Positions 9,862 through 20,121 of a DNA stretch of 64,000 nucleotides are shown here, piece after piece. Each line of letters starts with the position of its first letter. Within the stretch, counting starts at the first letter, position 1. The stretch is from Candidatus Hydrogenedentota bacterium (lineage in GTDB: Bacteria; Hydrogenedentota; Hydrogenedentia; Hydrogenedentales; SLHB01): contig CAXXTH010000010.1 in NCBI GenBank assembly GCA_963668025.2, forward strand, positions 1-64,000. The letters run 5' to 3'. The notes under the pieces were generated by a model. The model had not been told where the DNA came from and did no database searches. It saw nothing but the letters and a program-made list of their open reading frames with translations. Made by a program: the position numbers and the translations under genes.

Positions 9862-11304
9862 TCAATTAGGCCCATCGAGCGGCACATTAAAGGTCTTCAT
9901 GCGACGCCAGATCGAGGTGCGTGTGACACCGAGGCGGCGCGCCGCTTCGGCCTTGTTCCAGCCGCTTTCCGCGAGCGCCTGCATCAGTTCTTCACGTCCG
10001 ATGGGCGTGCGGCGCATCGAGGTGGGACGGGCCGCGCATGGGGCGGAAGCGAGTGGTGCGGGTTCGGTGTCGCAGATCTGCCGCCGCAGTTCGACCCGGC
10101 GAATTTCGATGGGCAAGTCGAAGGGATCGATCATGCCGCTCTGGCACGTGACGAAGGCATGCTCGATGGCGTTTTCGAGTTCGCGCACATTTCCGGGCCA
10201 GCAATAATCCATGACAATGTGCATGGCGTCCGTCGAGAGGCCGTGGATGTCTTTGCCCGTCCGTTCGTTGAATAAGGCGATGAAGCGGCGGATGAGAGGC
10301 TCGATATCTTCCTTGCGCTCGCGAAGCGGGGGCAATGTGAGCGGGAAGACCTTGAGGCGGTAGTACAAGTCGTCGCGGAAGATCCCTTGGCGCACCAGTT
10401 CGCGCAGGTCGCGGTTTGTCGCGGTGATGACCCGCACGTCCGTTTTACGCGTCGCGGAATCACCCACGCGTTCGAACTCGCGCTCCTGCAAGACGCGCAA
10501 GAGCTTAACTTGAACGATGGGCGGAATATCGCCAATCTCGTCGAGAAAGATGGTGCCCTTGTTGGCGCGCTCGAAGCGGCCCACGTGGTCGCTGACCGCG
10601 CCCGTGAACGCCCCTCGCACATGTCCGAAGAGCTCGCTCTCGAGGAGCGATTCCGTGAGGGCCGAACAATTCACCGTGACCAGCGGGCCTTTGTGGCGGT
10701 TGCTGTGGAAATGAATGGCTTTGGCTACGAGCTCTTTGCCCGTGCCGGTCTCGCCTTGGATCAGCACCGTGACCGGCGACGCGGCGGCCATCTCGATGAG
10801 ATTGAACACCTCTTTCATGCGGTGGCTTTTTCCCACGATGCTGCCGAATTCAACTCGGTCTTCGATTTCGCGGTGAAGGCGGGCTGCTTCGCCCTCGAAA
10901 TGCTTGATCGAGGAGATGTCTTTGAGCGTCACCACCGCGCCCACGGATTCGCCTTGAGCGCCATATAACACCCGGGCGCTGGCGATGACCGGGATCTCCG
11001 CGCCGTCTTTACGCAAGATGCACGTTTCCCGGTTGTCCACGCTGCCTTCGGTATATAGGCCGCAATCGAGGGCATGCTGGGGCGGAAGCTCCCCCGCGAC
11101 GCACTCGCGGCGCAGGAAATTGCACCGCCTGCCGATGGCCTCTTCGGCTTCGAACAGCGTGAGACATTCCATGGCCTTGTTCCATCGCAGGATGATGTGG
11201 CTATTGTCAATGACAAACACGCCGTCCGCCATCGTATCAAAAATGACGGACAGTTCGCGGGCCTCCTGCTCGATGGATTCATAAATGCGTGCGGCTTCGC
11301 TCAT
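9862..11304 (-). CDS. PAS-domain sigma54-dependent transcriptional activator (AAA+, Fis HTH)
   Basis: N-terminal PAS domain, GETGTGKE, ESELFGHxRGAFTGA, FLDEIGD, WPGNVREL and C-terminal NKAEAARRLG HTH. Confidence 0.92.
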   Translation of the reverse strand: MSEAARIYESIEQEARELSVIFDTMADGVFVIDNSHIILRWNKAMECLTLFEAEEAIGRRCNFLRRECVAGELPPQHALDCGLYTEGSVDNRETCILRKDGAEIPVIASARVLYGAQGESVGAVVTLKDISSIKHFEGEAARLHREIEDRVEFGSIVGKSHRMKEVFNLIEMAAASPVTVLIQGETGTGKELVAKAIHFHSNRHKGPLVTVNCSALTESLLESELFGHVRGAFTGAVSDHVGRFERANKGTIFLDEIGDIPPIVQVKLLRVLQEREFERVGDSATRKTDVRVITATNRDLRELVRQGIFRDDLYYRLKVFPLTLPPLRERKEDIEPLIRRFIALFNERTGKDIHGLSTDAMHIVMDYCWPGNVRELENAIEHAFVTCQSGMIDPFDLPIEIRRVELRRQICDTEPAPLASAPCAARPTSMRRTPIGREELMQALAESGWNKAEAARRLGVTRTSIWRRMKTFNVPLDGPN

Positions 11305-11405
11305 CAAAGCACCTTGCCTCTTGGTTTCTCCTCAAACACGCCTCCACTATGGCATGCCGGTTTCATATCCGCAACCTGCACCCTGTCCGAAATCACTAAA
11401 ACAGT

Positions 11406-11474
11406 GTAGCATGGGCGTCTCGCCCATGACATGAGCGCTATGGCCATCGCTTCATGGCGAGACGCCCATGCCAC
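11406..11474. repeat. GTAG-type REP inverted doublet (REPIN)
   Basis: gtagcatgggcgtctcgcccatg ... catggcgagacgcccatgccac. Confidence 0.75.
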
Positions 11475-11500
11475 GGGAGCTGCAAAAACATTCTAGAAGA

Positions 11501-11538
11501 TTCATTCGCGTTCATTCGCGTCTGTTCGCGGTTAAAAA
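11501..11538 (+). repeat. 10-bp-period short repeat element (attcgcg family)
   Basis: ttcattcgcg ttcattcgcg tctgttcgcg gttaaaaa. Related copies at 27933-27968 and, in reverse, 60009-60040. Confidence 0.65.
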
Positions 11539-11653
11539 AGCTAGCCTTTTGGTTGCGGCCATGCCGCGCTGTGTTCATCGTGCCTGTCGTGGTTCAAAAC
11601 CTATCCGCATGGGCGGGAGGCCCGCGCCATGATACGGCATTGCATCAACCGGT

Positions 11654-11682
11654 TTGCGCAATATGCCCTAATGTGGTATATT
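11654..11682 (+). promoter_or_regulatory. Probable sigma70 promoter of the leu leader
   Basis: TTGCGC-N17-TATATT with extended -10 TG, about 23 nt before the leader ATG. Confidence 0.5.
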
Positions 11683-11705
11683 TCCCACAACAAAGGAAAT
11701 AGAGC

Positions 11706-11804
11706 ATGACGTGTTTGAAGCATAACAGCCTGCGATTACTCCTCCTCCAAGGTGGACTCCTCCTCCTGGGGGCGCGCGGGTTCGTGTTGCTTCGACCGGA
11801 ATAA
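11706..11804 (+). CDS. Leucine attenuator leader peptide (32 aa, 12 Leu)
   Basis: MTCLKHNSLRLLLLQGGLLLLGARGFVLLRPE*, with RBS AAAGGA and two runs of four Leu codons. It lies upstream of a terminator and leuA and is too short for the ORF track. Confidence 0.85.
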   Translation: MTCLKHNSLRLLLLQGGLLLLGARGFVLLRPE

Positions 11805-11831
11805 CTAGTAACCAGTATCGAGCAAACCACG

Positions 11832-11864
11832 AGGCCGCGGGCCATAAACCCGTGGCCTTTTTTT
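11832..11864 (+). terminator. Attenuator intrinsic terminator
   Basis: Stem aggccgcggg/cccgtggcct followed by T7. The alternative antiterminator is cgcgggttcgtg (leader, ~11775-11786) pairing with cacgaggccgcg (11828-11839). Confidence 0.85.
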
Positions 11865-11867
11865 ATG

Positions 11868-12468
<601 letters not shown>

Positions 12469-12616
12469 CGCGAACGCGCAAACCGGCGGAACCGCCGGAG
12501 GAAAGGAGGTGGTGTCTCATGGACTCGGGGCTCGTTGGGCTCGCGTCCACTCGCTTCGTTGGTTCGATAGCGCTTGTTGAATCGGAAACCATCAATCGAA
12601 CTGAAGGAGCAGCATT

Positions 12617-13762
12617 ATGGAACGGAACATTCGTATATTTGACACCACCTTGCGCGACGGCGAGCAGACGCCGGGGGTGCATTTCACGCCGGAAGTAAAA
12701 GTGGCCGTGGCCGAACGGCTCGAGGCCTTCGGCGTGGCTACGATTGAAGCGGGATTCCCCGCGTCGTCGCCGGGCGAAGTCGAGGCCGTGTCGCAAGTGG
12801 CGCGGCGCGTGCGCGCTTGTGAAGTGGCGGCATTGGCGCGATGCGTCATAAGCGACGTGGACGCGGCGGCCAAGGCACTGGAGCCTGCCGCACAGCCGGT
12901 CATCCACGTATTTCTGGGCACGTCGGACATCCACTTGGGCTCGAAGCTGCATATGGAACGAGCGGACGCGTTGCGCGCCGTCGAGCGGACCGTGTCCCGC
13001 GCGCGCGGGTATGCTGAGGCGGTGCAGTTCAGCGCCGAAGACGCCACCCGCACCGAGCGGGCGTTTCTGCGCCAATGCGTGCAAGTGGCCATCGCGTCGG
13101 GCGCGTCACGGGTGAATATCCCCGACACGGTCGGGTGCGCGCTTCCCGAGGAATACGGCGCAGTCATCCGCGACATCGTGGCGCTGGCGGGTCCGGGCGT
13201 GATTGTGTCGGCCCATTGCCACAACGACATGGGCTTGGCCACGGCGAACAGTGTGGCGGCGGCCCAAGCGGGTGCGGGGCAGCTCGAGGTGGCCGTCAAC
13301 GGCATCGGCGAGCGGGCGGGCAATGCAGCGGCTGAAGAGGTGGCCGTTGTGCTGGCCATGAAGGGCATCGCGGCGGCGGGCGTGTCGCTGGACCGCATTG
13401 TGTCCTTGAGCGCGTTTGTGTCGGAAGTTTCCGGCGTGCCCATCCAGCCGAACCGGGCCGTGGTGGGGGCGAACGCCTTCGCCCACAGCGCGGGCATCCA
13501 TCAGGACGGCATATTGAAGAAGCCGGAGAATTACGAGTTCGTGCCGCCCACGCTGGTGGGCGCGCCGGGGCACCGTTTCGTCATGACGGCCCGCTCCGGA
13601 CGCAGCGCCATCATGCACCACGCCCGGGCCATGGGCTTCGAACTGAGCGCCGCCCAGGCAAACAAGGCCTACCAGGCCTTTATCCGCGCTGCGGACGCCG
13701 TGCGCGGCGCGGTGCCAGACGCCGAATTGTCACGCATTATCCGCGAGACATGCGCGGTGTGA
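12617..13762 (+). CDS. leuA: 2-isopropylmalate synthase, short form without the C-terminal regulatory domain
   Basis: Motifs IFDTTLRDGEQ, IEAGFP, FSAEDATR, NIPDTVG, HCHNDMGLATAN, GIGERAGNA and AFAHSAGIHQDG. 381 aa; the upstream Leu attenuator supports a leucine role. Confidence 0.8.
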   Translation: MERNIRIFDTTLRDGEQTPGVHFTPEVKVAVAERLEAFGVATIEAGFPASSPGEVEAVSQVARRVRACEVAALARCVISDVDAAAKALEPAAQPVIHVFLGTSDIHLGSKLHMERADALRAVERTVSRARGYAEAVQFSAEDATRTERAFLRQCVQVAIASGASRVNIPDTVGCALPEEYGAVIRDIVALAGPGVIVSAHCHNDMGLATANSVAAAQAGAGQLEVAVNGIGERAGNAAAEEVAVVLAMKGIAAAGVSLDRIVSLSAFVSEVSGVPIQPNRAVVGANAFAHSAGIHQDGILKKPENYEFVPPTLVGAPGHRFVMTARSGRSAIMHHARAMGFELSAAQANKAYQAFIRAADAVRGAVPDAELSRIIRETCAV

Positions 13763-13786
13763 AACGCTGGCGCTTTCAAGGATTAA

Positions 13787-13869
13787 GCGAAAATGGCACA
13801 CCCCCGCAGACATTGGGCATCACCTATGCTGGTGAAAAACCTTGACTACGGGGGAGTGCCATTTTTTGC
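13787..13869. repeat. Imperfect ~23-bp inverted repeat (miniature IS-end-like element)
   Basis: gcgaaaatggcacacccccgcag versus the reverse complement of ctacgggggagtgccattttttgc. Confidence 0.45.
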
Positions 13870-14051
13870 CTCATGTAAGAATCTGAAGATAGTAATTCTG
13901 GATTCATATTCCAAGTGCAACGAATAGGGTATGAGCTTAAATCCTATCTCGTCGAAGCCGCCCGTCGAAGCCGCGAACCTTTGACGAGCCAAAGCAACCA
14001 TGAAAGGCTTATTGAGGCAGGTCGCGCTGGAGCGGTTATAACGGCTCAATC

Positions 14052-14121
14052 GTAGCATGGGCGTCCCGCCCATGAAGCTTAGGCTTTCACGCATATATCA
14101 TGGGCGGGACGCCCATGCTAC
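14052..14121. repeat. GTAG-type REP inverted doublet (REPIN)
   Basis: gtagcatgggcgtcccgcccatg ... catgggcgggacgcccatgctac, a perfect inverted pair. Confidence 0.8.
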
Positions 14122-14168
14122 GGACAGATGTACTCTTGTGTGAGGTGAGCTTAGAAGCATTCAACGGA

Positions 14169-15170
14169 TCACCCCTTCTCGCCACCCGCCGATACGGGGA
14201 TGACCGTCTGGATGTCTTGCGACGAGCAGAGAACGAGTTCGCCGTGGGCGGGGCCGCTGGATTGGTCCGTGAAATAATCGAGCCAGACCTCGGTTCCCCA
14301 CGGCTTCGTTTCCGTCCGCACTTGCAAGCCGGGCATCGTGGTCTCGGCGCTCTTGAGCGTCACGCCCGCCACGCGGGATTTCACCACCACCCGGCGCGTC
14401 ACGGCGTTGCTCGATAGCATCTTCGGCAGCGTGACCTGCCACGGCGTCGCCACCAGGTCCGCCGCGATGATCCCCGTCACCTTGAGCGGGATCTCCTTCG
14501 GGTCTTCCCAGTTCGTTTTCACGAGCAGCGACCGGCTGAACGGGCCGGGCGCGATGTTCGTGTCCAGCGGCACATGGATCTGGTATTGGCCATATGGCGT
14601 TTTCTGTATCTGCTGGACCTCCGCCGCAACGTCGGACTGGGCGGCGTCCACGGTGATCTCGAGCGGCACATCGCCCAGCCCTTGCACCACCTCGAAATCC
14701 GCCGACCGCGCCTCGCCCTGCGGGATAAGCCCGAGCGACAATTCATCGCCCGGCTTCACATCGAGCGCCTTGATGAGTTTCAGCTTCACGAGAAACCGCA
14801 CCGACGCCTGATCCGGGTCATCCGTCTTCACCATCACATACGCCGCGTAATCTCGTTTCAGCTTCACCTCGCGCAGGTCCACCTCGATGCGCCCTTCTTC
14901 GCCCGGCGCGACCTCGGGCGTCAACACTTCCCCCTTCACGCAACCGCACGACGTTTTCGCCACCTCGGCATGCAGCGGCGCGCCGCCATCATTCCGGTAC
15001 GTAAGCTCGATGGTCTCCGGCACGGCGTCCACGCCCTCCCGGATCGTGAGCTCCTTCTCCATGCTGTCAGAAGCAAACACAGGAGTGTTTATCAATTGCC
15101 CGTAGCACCATCCACACGCCAGCAAACATGCGCCAAGCGCCAGGCTACGCAAGTAAAAAGAGCGCATCAT
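14169..15170 (-). CDS. Secreted DUF1573-like (Ig-fold repeat) protein
   Basis: Signal peptide, the signature YRNDGGAPL...KTSCGCV...VAPGEEGRIEV, and repeated VKTD/N-DP motifs. Confidence 0.7.
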   Translation of the reverse strand: MMRSFYLRSLALGACLLACGWCYGQLINTPVFASDSMEKELTIREGVDAVPETIELTYRNDGGAPLHAEVAKTSCGCVKGEVLTPEVAPGEEGRIEVDLREVKLKRDYAAYVMVKTDDPDQASVRFLVKLKLIKALDVKPGDELSLGLIPQGEARSADFEVVQGLGDVPLEITVDAAQSDVAAEVQQIQKTPYGQYQIHVPLDTNIAPGPFSRSLLVKTNWEDPKEIPLKVTGIIAADLVATPWQVTLPKMLSSNAVTRRVVVKSRVAGVTLKSAETTMPGLQVRTETKPWGTEVWLDYFTDQSSGPAHGELVLCSSQDIQTVIPVSAGGEKG

Positions 15171-16345
15171 TTGCCCCCACTCTCCACCGCGTTCCGTTTG
15201 TGGGTTTTCATCGCTACCGCGACGATGAGGACCGCTAACGCCACTCCTGCGACACCTAGAAAAATCATGCGTAGCATACCCGGTTTGATAATGGCTATTT
15301 CTGCGTCCGCAGGCGCTTCCGCCGCATTCGAACTCGGGAGTGTATTGGTTTCAGAGACAGGTGTGGCCGTGCCGGTCACTGCCTGCGCGGACTTTACTTG
15401 CTCGGCAGCTCGCTCCGCATCCAATGCCGCATACTTTTCTAAATCTTTCTGGAGTCTTTCCTTCGCTGAAGCCAAGGATTTTTTCCATCCATCTCGAACG
15501 ATCTCAGGTATGGCTGGATCATCCATCATCTCTGGTGTTACCGCTAAATCGTCTTCTGTTCCACCTCTCAATACATGTTTCGCGTACTTCTCTAAATAGT
15601 ACCATTGTTCGTCATAATATTTCAGAAATCGATCGGTATTGCTTGCTGCACGCTCATCACCAGCCAGTGAAGGGTTACCCTTCAATTCCAACGCAATTCT
15701 ACGCATCTCTTGAAGGTGTTCCCATGCCACCAGATAGTAATGATCATCCCTCAATTGCGACGCGGCCGAATATGCGCGCATGGCGTAATCGTTATGTGCA
15801 TTCAGGATTTCATAACGGTAAGGGGTGTACGTGGAAAAAAGGTGTTCATAAGAAGCATCAAGCTCCGCCATTGCCGTGCCCAAGTCTTCCTTTTTGGAAA
15901 GAGTATTTAACAAGAATCGGCTTATATCCACGTCTACCAAAAATGCAACCTCGTCTGCCTGCTCGCCGGTGAAAGCATCTGTATTCTTTAACCGATTTAG
16001 GGTGTCAAGATACTGTTGAGGTGTATATTGAAGTCCATAACTTTGTGCAAGCAATGCAAGCAGATTGGCATGCACTGCTGGCGATATGCTCGCGCTTTCT
16101 TCCACCATGGCCTCCAATTCAGGAATGATGGACGCTTTATTGTTTTCTGTGTGAAGCACTTTACTTATCTTTAAAAAGCGCGTTGCAAATGCGTTGTCTT
16201 GTCTGATATACGCATACAATTCATCTTCCGTTATCATGCTAATATATTCCGTTGCGGTCATCGCGTTCGCGGAACAGGATATAGCTATGTTTACAACCAA
16301 GGAGATCAGCAACAAGACTTTACTAATCATTATAGCTTCCTTCAT
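15167..16345 (-). CDS. Hypothetical exported alpha-helical protein with C-terminal membrane anchor
   Basis: 392-aa ORF of lower GC with RBS, signal peptide and a C-terminal TM segment plus basic tail. Overlaps the next gene by 4 nt. Confidence 0.7.
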   Translation of the reverse strand: MKEAIMISKVLLLISLVVNIAISCSANAMTATEYISMITEDELYAYIRQDNAFATRFLKISKVLHTENNKASIIPELEAMVEESASISPAVHANLLALLAQSYGLQYTPQQYLDTLNRLKNTDAFTGEQADEVAFLVDVDISRFLLNTLSKKEDLGTAMAELDASYEHLFSTYTPYRYEILNAHNDYAMRAYSAASQLRDDHYYLVAWEHLQEMRRIALELKGNPSLAGDERAASNTDRFLKYYDEQWYYLEKYAKHVLRGGTEDDLAVTPEMMDDPAIPEIVRDGWKKSLASAKERLQKDLEKYAALDAERAAEQVKSAQAVTGTATPVSETNTLPSSNAAEAPADAEIAIIKPGMLRMIFLGVAGVALAVLIVAVAMKTHKRNAVESGGK

Positions 16346-16398
16346 TCTGATATTTTACACGCTCGATACATAGGCTCGAACAAGGGATTACCATAGAC

Positions 16399-17124
16399 CT
16401 AAAAAACAGGCAAACGTTTCTTTCGCTCTTCCAAGTGCGCTCCTGTTATCCTGCTTTGGTTATCCATTTTTGCAGTGAATATCGCCCCTTTTAAATCAGC
16501 AAGTTTTGGATCTGTCTCCATACGGGAGAGTATTTCTGCGGCTTGTTGAGTTCCTGATGCGCCAATAGCATAGGCGGCATTTTCCCTGTACCAGCGCACC
16601 AGATTTTCGGCCGTGTCCTCAGTCTCACTTCTTATTGGAGCGGGAAGCTGCTCCCAGTATTCAGGCATTGCTAGATTTTGCAAATAGGCAAATGCTTGTG
16701 AATCACTTAAAAACCCCAGGCCGAGTATAGCGCATCGTATCCATCCATTGCTTTTTCCCGTTACCGGAACAGAAAGCCAGCGTTCCAAGCATGAGATCAA
16801 CGTTTTACAAACCTCGCTATCTTTGGTCTTGCCCAAGAAGAAGGCCAATTTGCCCTTGTCATAATCTTCATCAGATTCCTTATCACCGAGTATTACAATC
16901 AAGGATTCCCTGGTTTTTTTGTCACAGGCGGTGGCGAATCGCTCTCCTTCTTGTTCTCCAAATCCTCGGCTTTGCGGTGAAAAATCATACTCCTTGTCCA
17001 AGCTCACTTTTAGAAAAGGTTTATCTTGTATAGGTATATCGCCAGCGGAAGCAAAAGTAATGAACGGCAATCCGCCCCATAACACGGCAGCGATTAGGAT
17101 AGGGAATTTGGTATAGTAGTTCAT
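16399..17124 (-). CDS. Exported HEAT-repeat-like protein
   Basis: RBS AGGAG and signal peptide. HEAT-like repeats LAFFLGKTKD, AILGLGFLSD and AAYAIGASGT. Confidence 0.65.
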   Translation of the reverse strand: MNYYTKFPILIAAVLWGGLPFITFASAGDIPIQDKPFLKVSLDKEYDFSPQSRGFGEQEGERFATACDKKTRESLIVILGDKESDEDYDKGKLAFFLGKTKDSEVCKTLISCLERWLSVPVTGKSNGWIRCAILGLGFLSDSQAFAYLQNLAMPEYWEQLPAPIRSETEDTAENLVRWYRENAAYAIGASGTQQAAEILSRMETDPKLADLKGAIFTAKMDNQSRITGAHLEERKKRLPVF

Positions 17125-17236
17125 TTCGTTATCTCCTATTTTTATGCTTTCTTCTGGGAGTCAGATGTAGTAGCATTTAGTTTTCACGGCCATATACTAG
17201 AGCGGCGCATTGACAAGGCACAACATAACTTCCTAC

Positions 17237-18606
17237 GGGTGTTCCCGCAGAATGCTAAAGAAATCCTCGTGTCGGGTCGATAAGTATGCCGGACCCTTAA
17301 CGGAGGAAGACCGATGGCAGCGATGGTGACAAGGCGCGACGGCGACACGTTCGAGGTGAGTTTCTCGCTGAGGCTGCGTGGTTCGATGCTCGATATGGAG
17401 GAGGCGGTCCAGGAGGCCCTGAACGGGGTGGGGCGCGCAGTCATGGCCGAGGCCCTGGCCCGTTTCGACACAGACGGCTCGCCCATCCGCGTCGGCGCCA
17501 CCACCTTCAAAACCAAGGGGCGCTTCGGCCAGACCTACGAGACGCCCCACGGCCCGGTCCGCGTCGAGCGGCACGTCTACCAGAACACCGCCACGGGCGG
17601 GCGCACCTTCTGCCCGCTGGAGCGGGACGCGCGAATGGTCATGAACGCCACGCCGCGCTACGCCCGGATCGTCAGCGGAAAATACTCCCGCATGGGCGCC
17701 GATGTCATGCGCCGCGACCTGCTCGAGTCGACAGGCCGCGCAATCTCGCGCGACTATGTGAAGAAGATCGGCGATTTTGTGGGCGCCCTGGCGCAGGCCA
17801 GGGAGGAGACGTGGGAGTACGAGCTGCCGGAATTGGACAGGCCGGTCGCGTCGGTGGCCGTGGGCCTGGACGGCACCTGCATGCTGCTCAGGGAGGACGG
17901 CTGGCGTCAGGCGATGTGCGGGTCCATCAGCCTGTACGACAAGGACGGGGAGCGGCTGCACACGATCTACGCGGGCGCATCGCCCGAGTACGGCAAGCAG
18001 ACTTTCCTCGAGCGCTTCGGCCGCGAGGTGGAGCGCGTGAGGGCGAGGCACCCGGCGGCGCTGTATATCGGCCTGGCCGACGGCGCGCCGGACAACTGGA
18101 AGTTTTTGACGCCGCGCACGGACCGGCAGATGCTGGATTTCTATCACGCGCGGGAATACGTGGGGAAGGCGGCGGAGGCGATTCACGGTCATGGCGCGCG
18201 CCGCCGGGAGTGGGAGGCGGACTGGAGTCACCGGCTGAAGCACACGAGGGGCGCAGCCGGACGCTTGCTGGAGGAGATGAAGGCGAGCTTGCCAAGCGTG
18301 CGCGCCCAGGCTTGCCGCGAGGAACTCGGCAAGGCGATCACCTACTTCGGCAATCACCGCTCGAAGATGCAATACTGGCGGCACACGGCGGAGCGCCTTC
18401 CCATCGGCAGCGGAGTGACGGAGGCGGCGTGCAAGACGCTGATCAAGCAACGCCTGGCATGCTCCGGGATGCGGTGGAAGGAAGCGGGCGCGAGCGCGGT
18501 GATCGCGCTCAGGTCGCTGGAGATGACCGAGGGCCGTTGGGACCAGTTCTGGCAACACGTGGCCCGCCACGGGGTCAATTGAGGTTATCATATTGAGGGA
18601 GCACCC
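17237..18606 (+). mobile_element. ISKra4/ISLre2-type (IS256 superfamily) insertion sequence
   Basis: Imperfect TIRs gggtgttcccgca / tgagggagcaccc and an 8-bp TSD CTTCCTAC at 17229-17236 and 18607-18614. Confidence 0.9.
17314..18582 (+). CDS. ISKra4-type DDE transposase
   Basis: Motifs GLDGTC, ADGAPDNW, LDFYHAREY, PIGSGVTEAACK and SGMRW. Confidence 0.88.
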   Translation: MAAMVTRRDGDTFEVSFSLRLRGSMLDMEEAVQEALNGVGRAVMAEALARFDTDGSPIRVGATTFKTKGRFGQTYETPHGPVRVERHVYQNTATGGRTFCPLERDARMVMNATPRYARIVSGKYSRMGADVMRRDLLESTGRAISRDYVKKIGDFVGALAQAREETWEYELPELDRPVASVAVGLDGTCMLLREDGWRQAMCGSISLYDKDGERLHTIYAGASPEYGKQTFLERFGREVERVRARHPAALYIGLADGAPDNWKFLTPRTDRQMLDFYHAREYVGKAAEAIHGHGARRREWEADWSHRLKHTRGAAGRLLEEMKASLPSVRAQACREELGKAITYFGNHRSKMQYWRHTAERLPIGSGVTEAACKTLIKQRLACSGMRWKEAGASAVIALRSLEMTEGRWDQFWQHVARHGVN

Positions 18607-18847
18607 CTTCCTACTGAACTCATTGCTTCTGCTTGCATAAAATTCTGTTCGTTCGCGAATGGAAGACAACTATCATTTCCGACGTGATGCAATCCTGCGG
18701 TATGTCCATACTCATGCGCAACAATTACCGCTGTAGCACCTGAAGCCAATACCATGTTGTCTTGTCCTACTTGCGCACATCCTTTGCATCCCTCCAAATA
18801 TTGTCCGCAGTAGTTTATTCCATGTACAATTTTGATATTGGTGGGTA

Positions 18848-19278
18848 GTAAAAAACCACGCCCAGAGGACGTGGCTTTGCTTTGGCCACTCAGAGAGTGG
18901 CTGAGTGCTTGCACCCAGAGGATGCAAGCGTGGGTTGTGTTCCGCAACGCCGCTTGGTTCAATACTTCATTTTTAGCTATTCATCGTGACGTTCCGTTTC
19001 TTCCTGGAACTTCACGTACTTGCTGCCCACATAACGTTTGGATACAGGTGTAAACCTCCTTGCCCACCGGTCCCGTCAAAACCCGGTAGCAATATTTGGG
19101 AGCCCATACCATGTGATATTGGCAATACCATATCGCATATGATGATTTGCGGAAACGACTCATTGGCATCTCCTTTTCGGTGTTGCGGAACAACACGAGT
19201 GTAGGAGATGCCGATGGGCTTAAACAGGCTGAGCCAAAGGCCCTATGACCACGTCCAAAGGACGTGGGTTTTTAGGTC
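18848..19278 (-). mobile_element. Internally deleted IS200/IS605-family element with truncated tnpA
   Basis: Subterminal hairpins accacgcccagaggacgtgg and accacgtccaaaggacgtgg. Contains the TnpA(Y1) N-terminus MSRFRKSSYAIWYCQYHMVWAPKY, truncated before the HUH motif. The exact ends are inferred. Confidence 0.75.
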
Positions 19279-20106
19279 GCACTAAATCTAAAAAAGACTC
19301 TTCAAGCATTGTATCTATATTGTAGAGGCTGAAAAACAGATCTGGTACATAATCATCATCTGTGTCCACTGGAGGAGGATCAATAAATACACCCATGTCG
19401 CCTGTCAACTGCAGGCCTGTACAACAATGAATATCACTCGCGTCTCCTCCATCCATATCACGTAAGAACACGGTCCTTGTAGTATTTGCAACCATTTCGC
19501 TCCAATAATCTAATGTTGTAGTGTAGTAAATTTGTCGAGATATCGTGTAGCTTTCATAAGGAGGCGCCGTGGTAGTTATGGAAATGGTCGCTTCTGGGTC
19601 GCCTTCTGGGTCAGCCGCGGTTTCGGCTTCTGGTATAAAGGCACGAATCTCAACAACTTGTGGAAAATCGTATGGTAATCTAACATAGCAAACACTAGAA
19701 TATGACGGACCAAGTCTTGTTTTGCCTGTGATGGACGCTTGATCTCCCCCCTCAGATATTTCAAAATCCATTTGGTGATTACTGTTCTCATAAAATAAAG
19801 CCGGAACTGTATAAGATAGCGGGAAAGATGGTGGATTTGGACACGTACAAGAGGAACACCCCCCCAAATCAGTATCCTGCCCGCCCGTTGCATGAATGGC
19901 AATTATACTGCCAGCACACGCTGTAGTTGGGCCGGTTATCGTAATGGGTGCAGGGGCGTTGTATGCATTTGGAAGCACCATATCTCCAGGAAAACAGAGA
20001 GGCAAGCCCGTAATTGGTTGATCGGCGTACACGCATGGCATCAGCAACACAACAAACAACGAAAAACATATACTAGTGATTTGTGTGCTTTTTCTCAGAA
20101 AACTGC

Positions 20107-20121
20107 GGGGGGGGGGGGGGG
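20107..20121. repeat. G15 homopolymer at the 5' end of the protease gene
   Basis: 15 consecutive G directly abutting the IS4-family TIR. Confidence 0.85.

Larger units (their letters stand above)
17177..20106 (-). pseudogene. Secreted Cys-rich metzincin-type zinc metalloprotease split by two IS insertions
   Basis: Removing 18848..19278 and 17237..18606 plus one TSD copy joins the N-terminal ORF, VAHEYGHTAGLHH, the NFM Met-turn and VGSYVVPCQCAALVYGREN* in one frame. Confidence 0.75.

Noticed and set aside
17233-18669. 478-aa antisense ORF
   Set aside because: Mirror frame of the GC-rich transposase, with no recognisable motifs.
18848-19278. TnpB/IscB RNA-guided nuclease in the IS200/605 element
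   Set aside because: Only a truncated tnpA remains; there is no RuvC-containing ORF.
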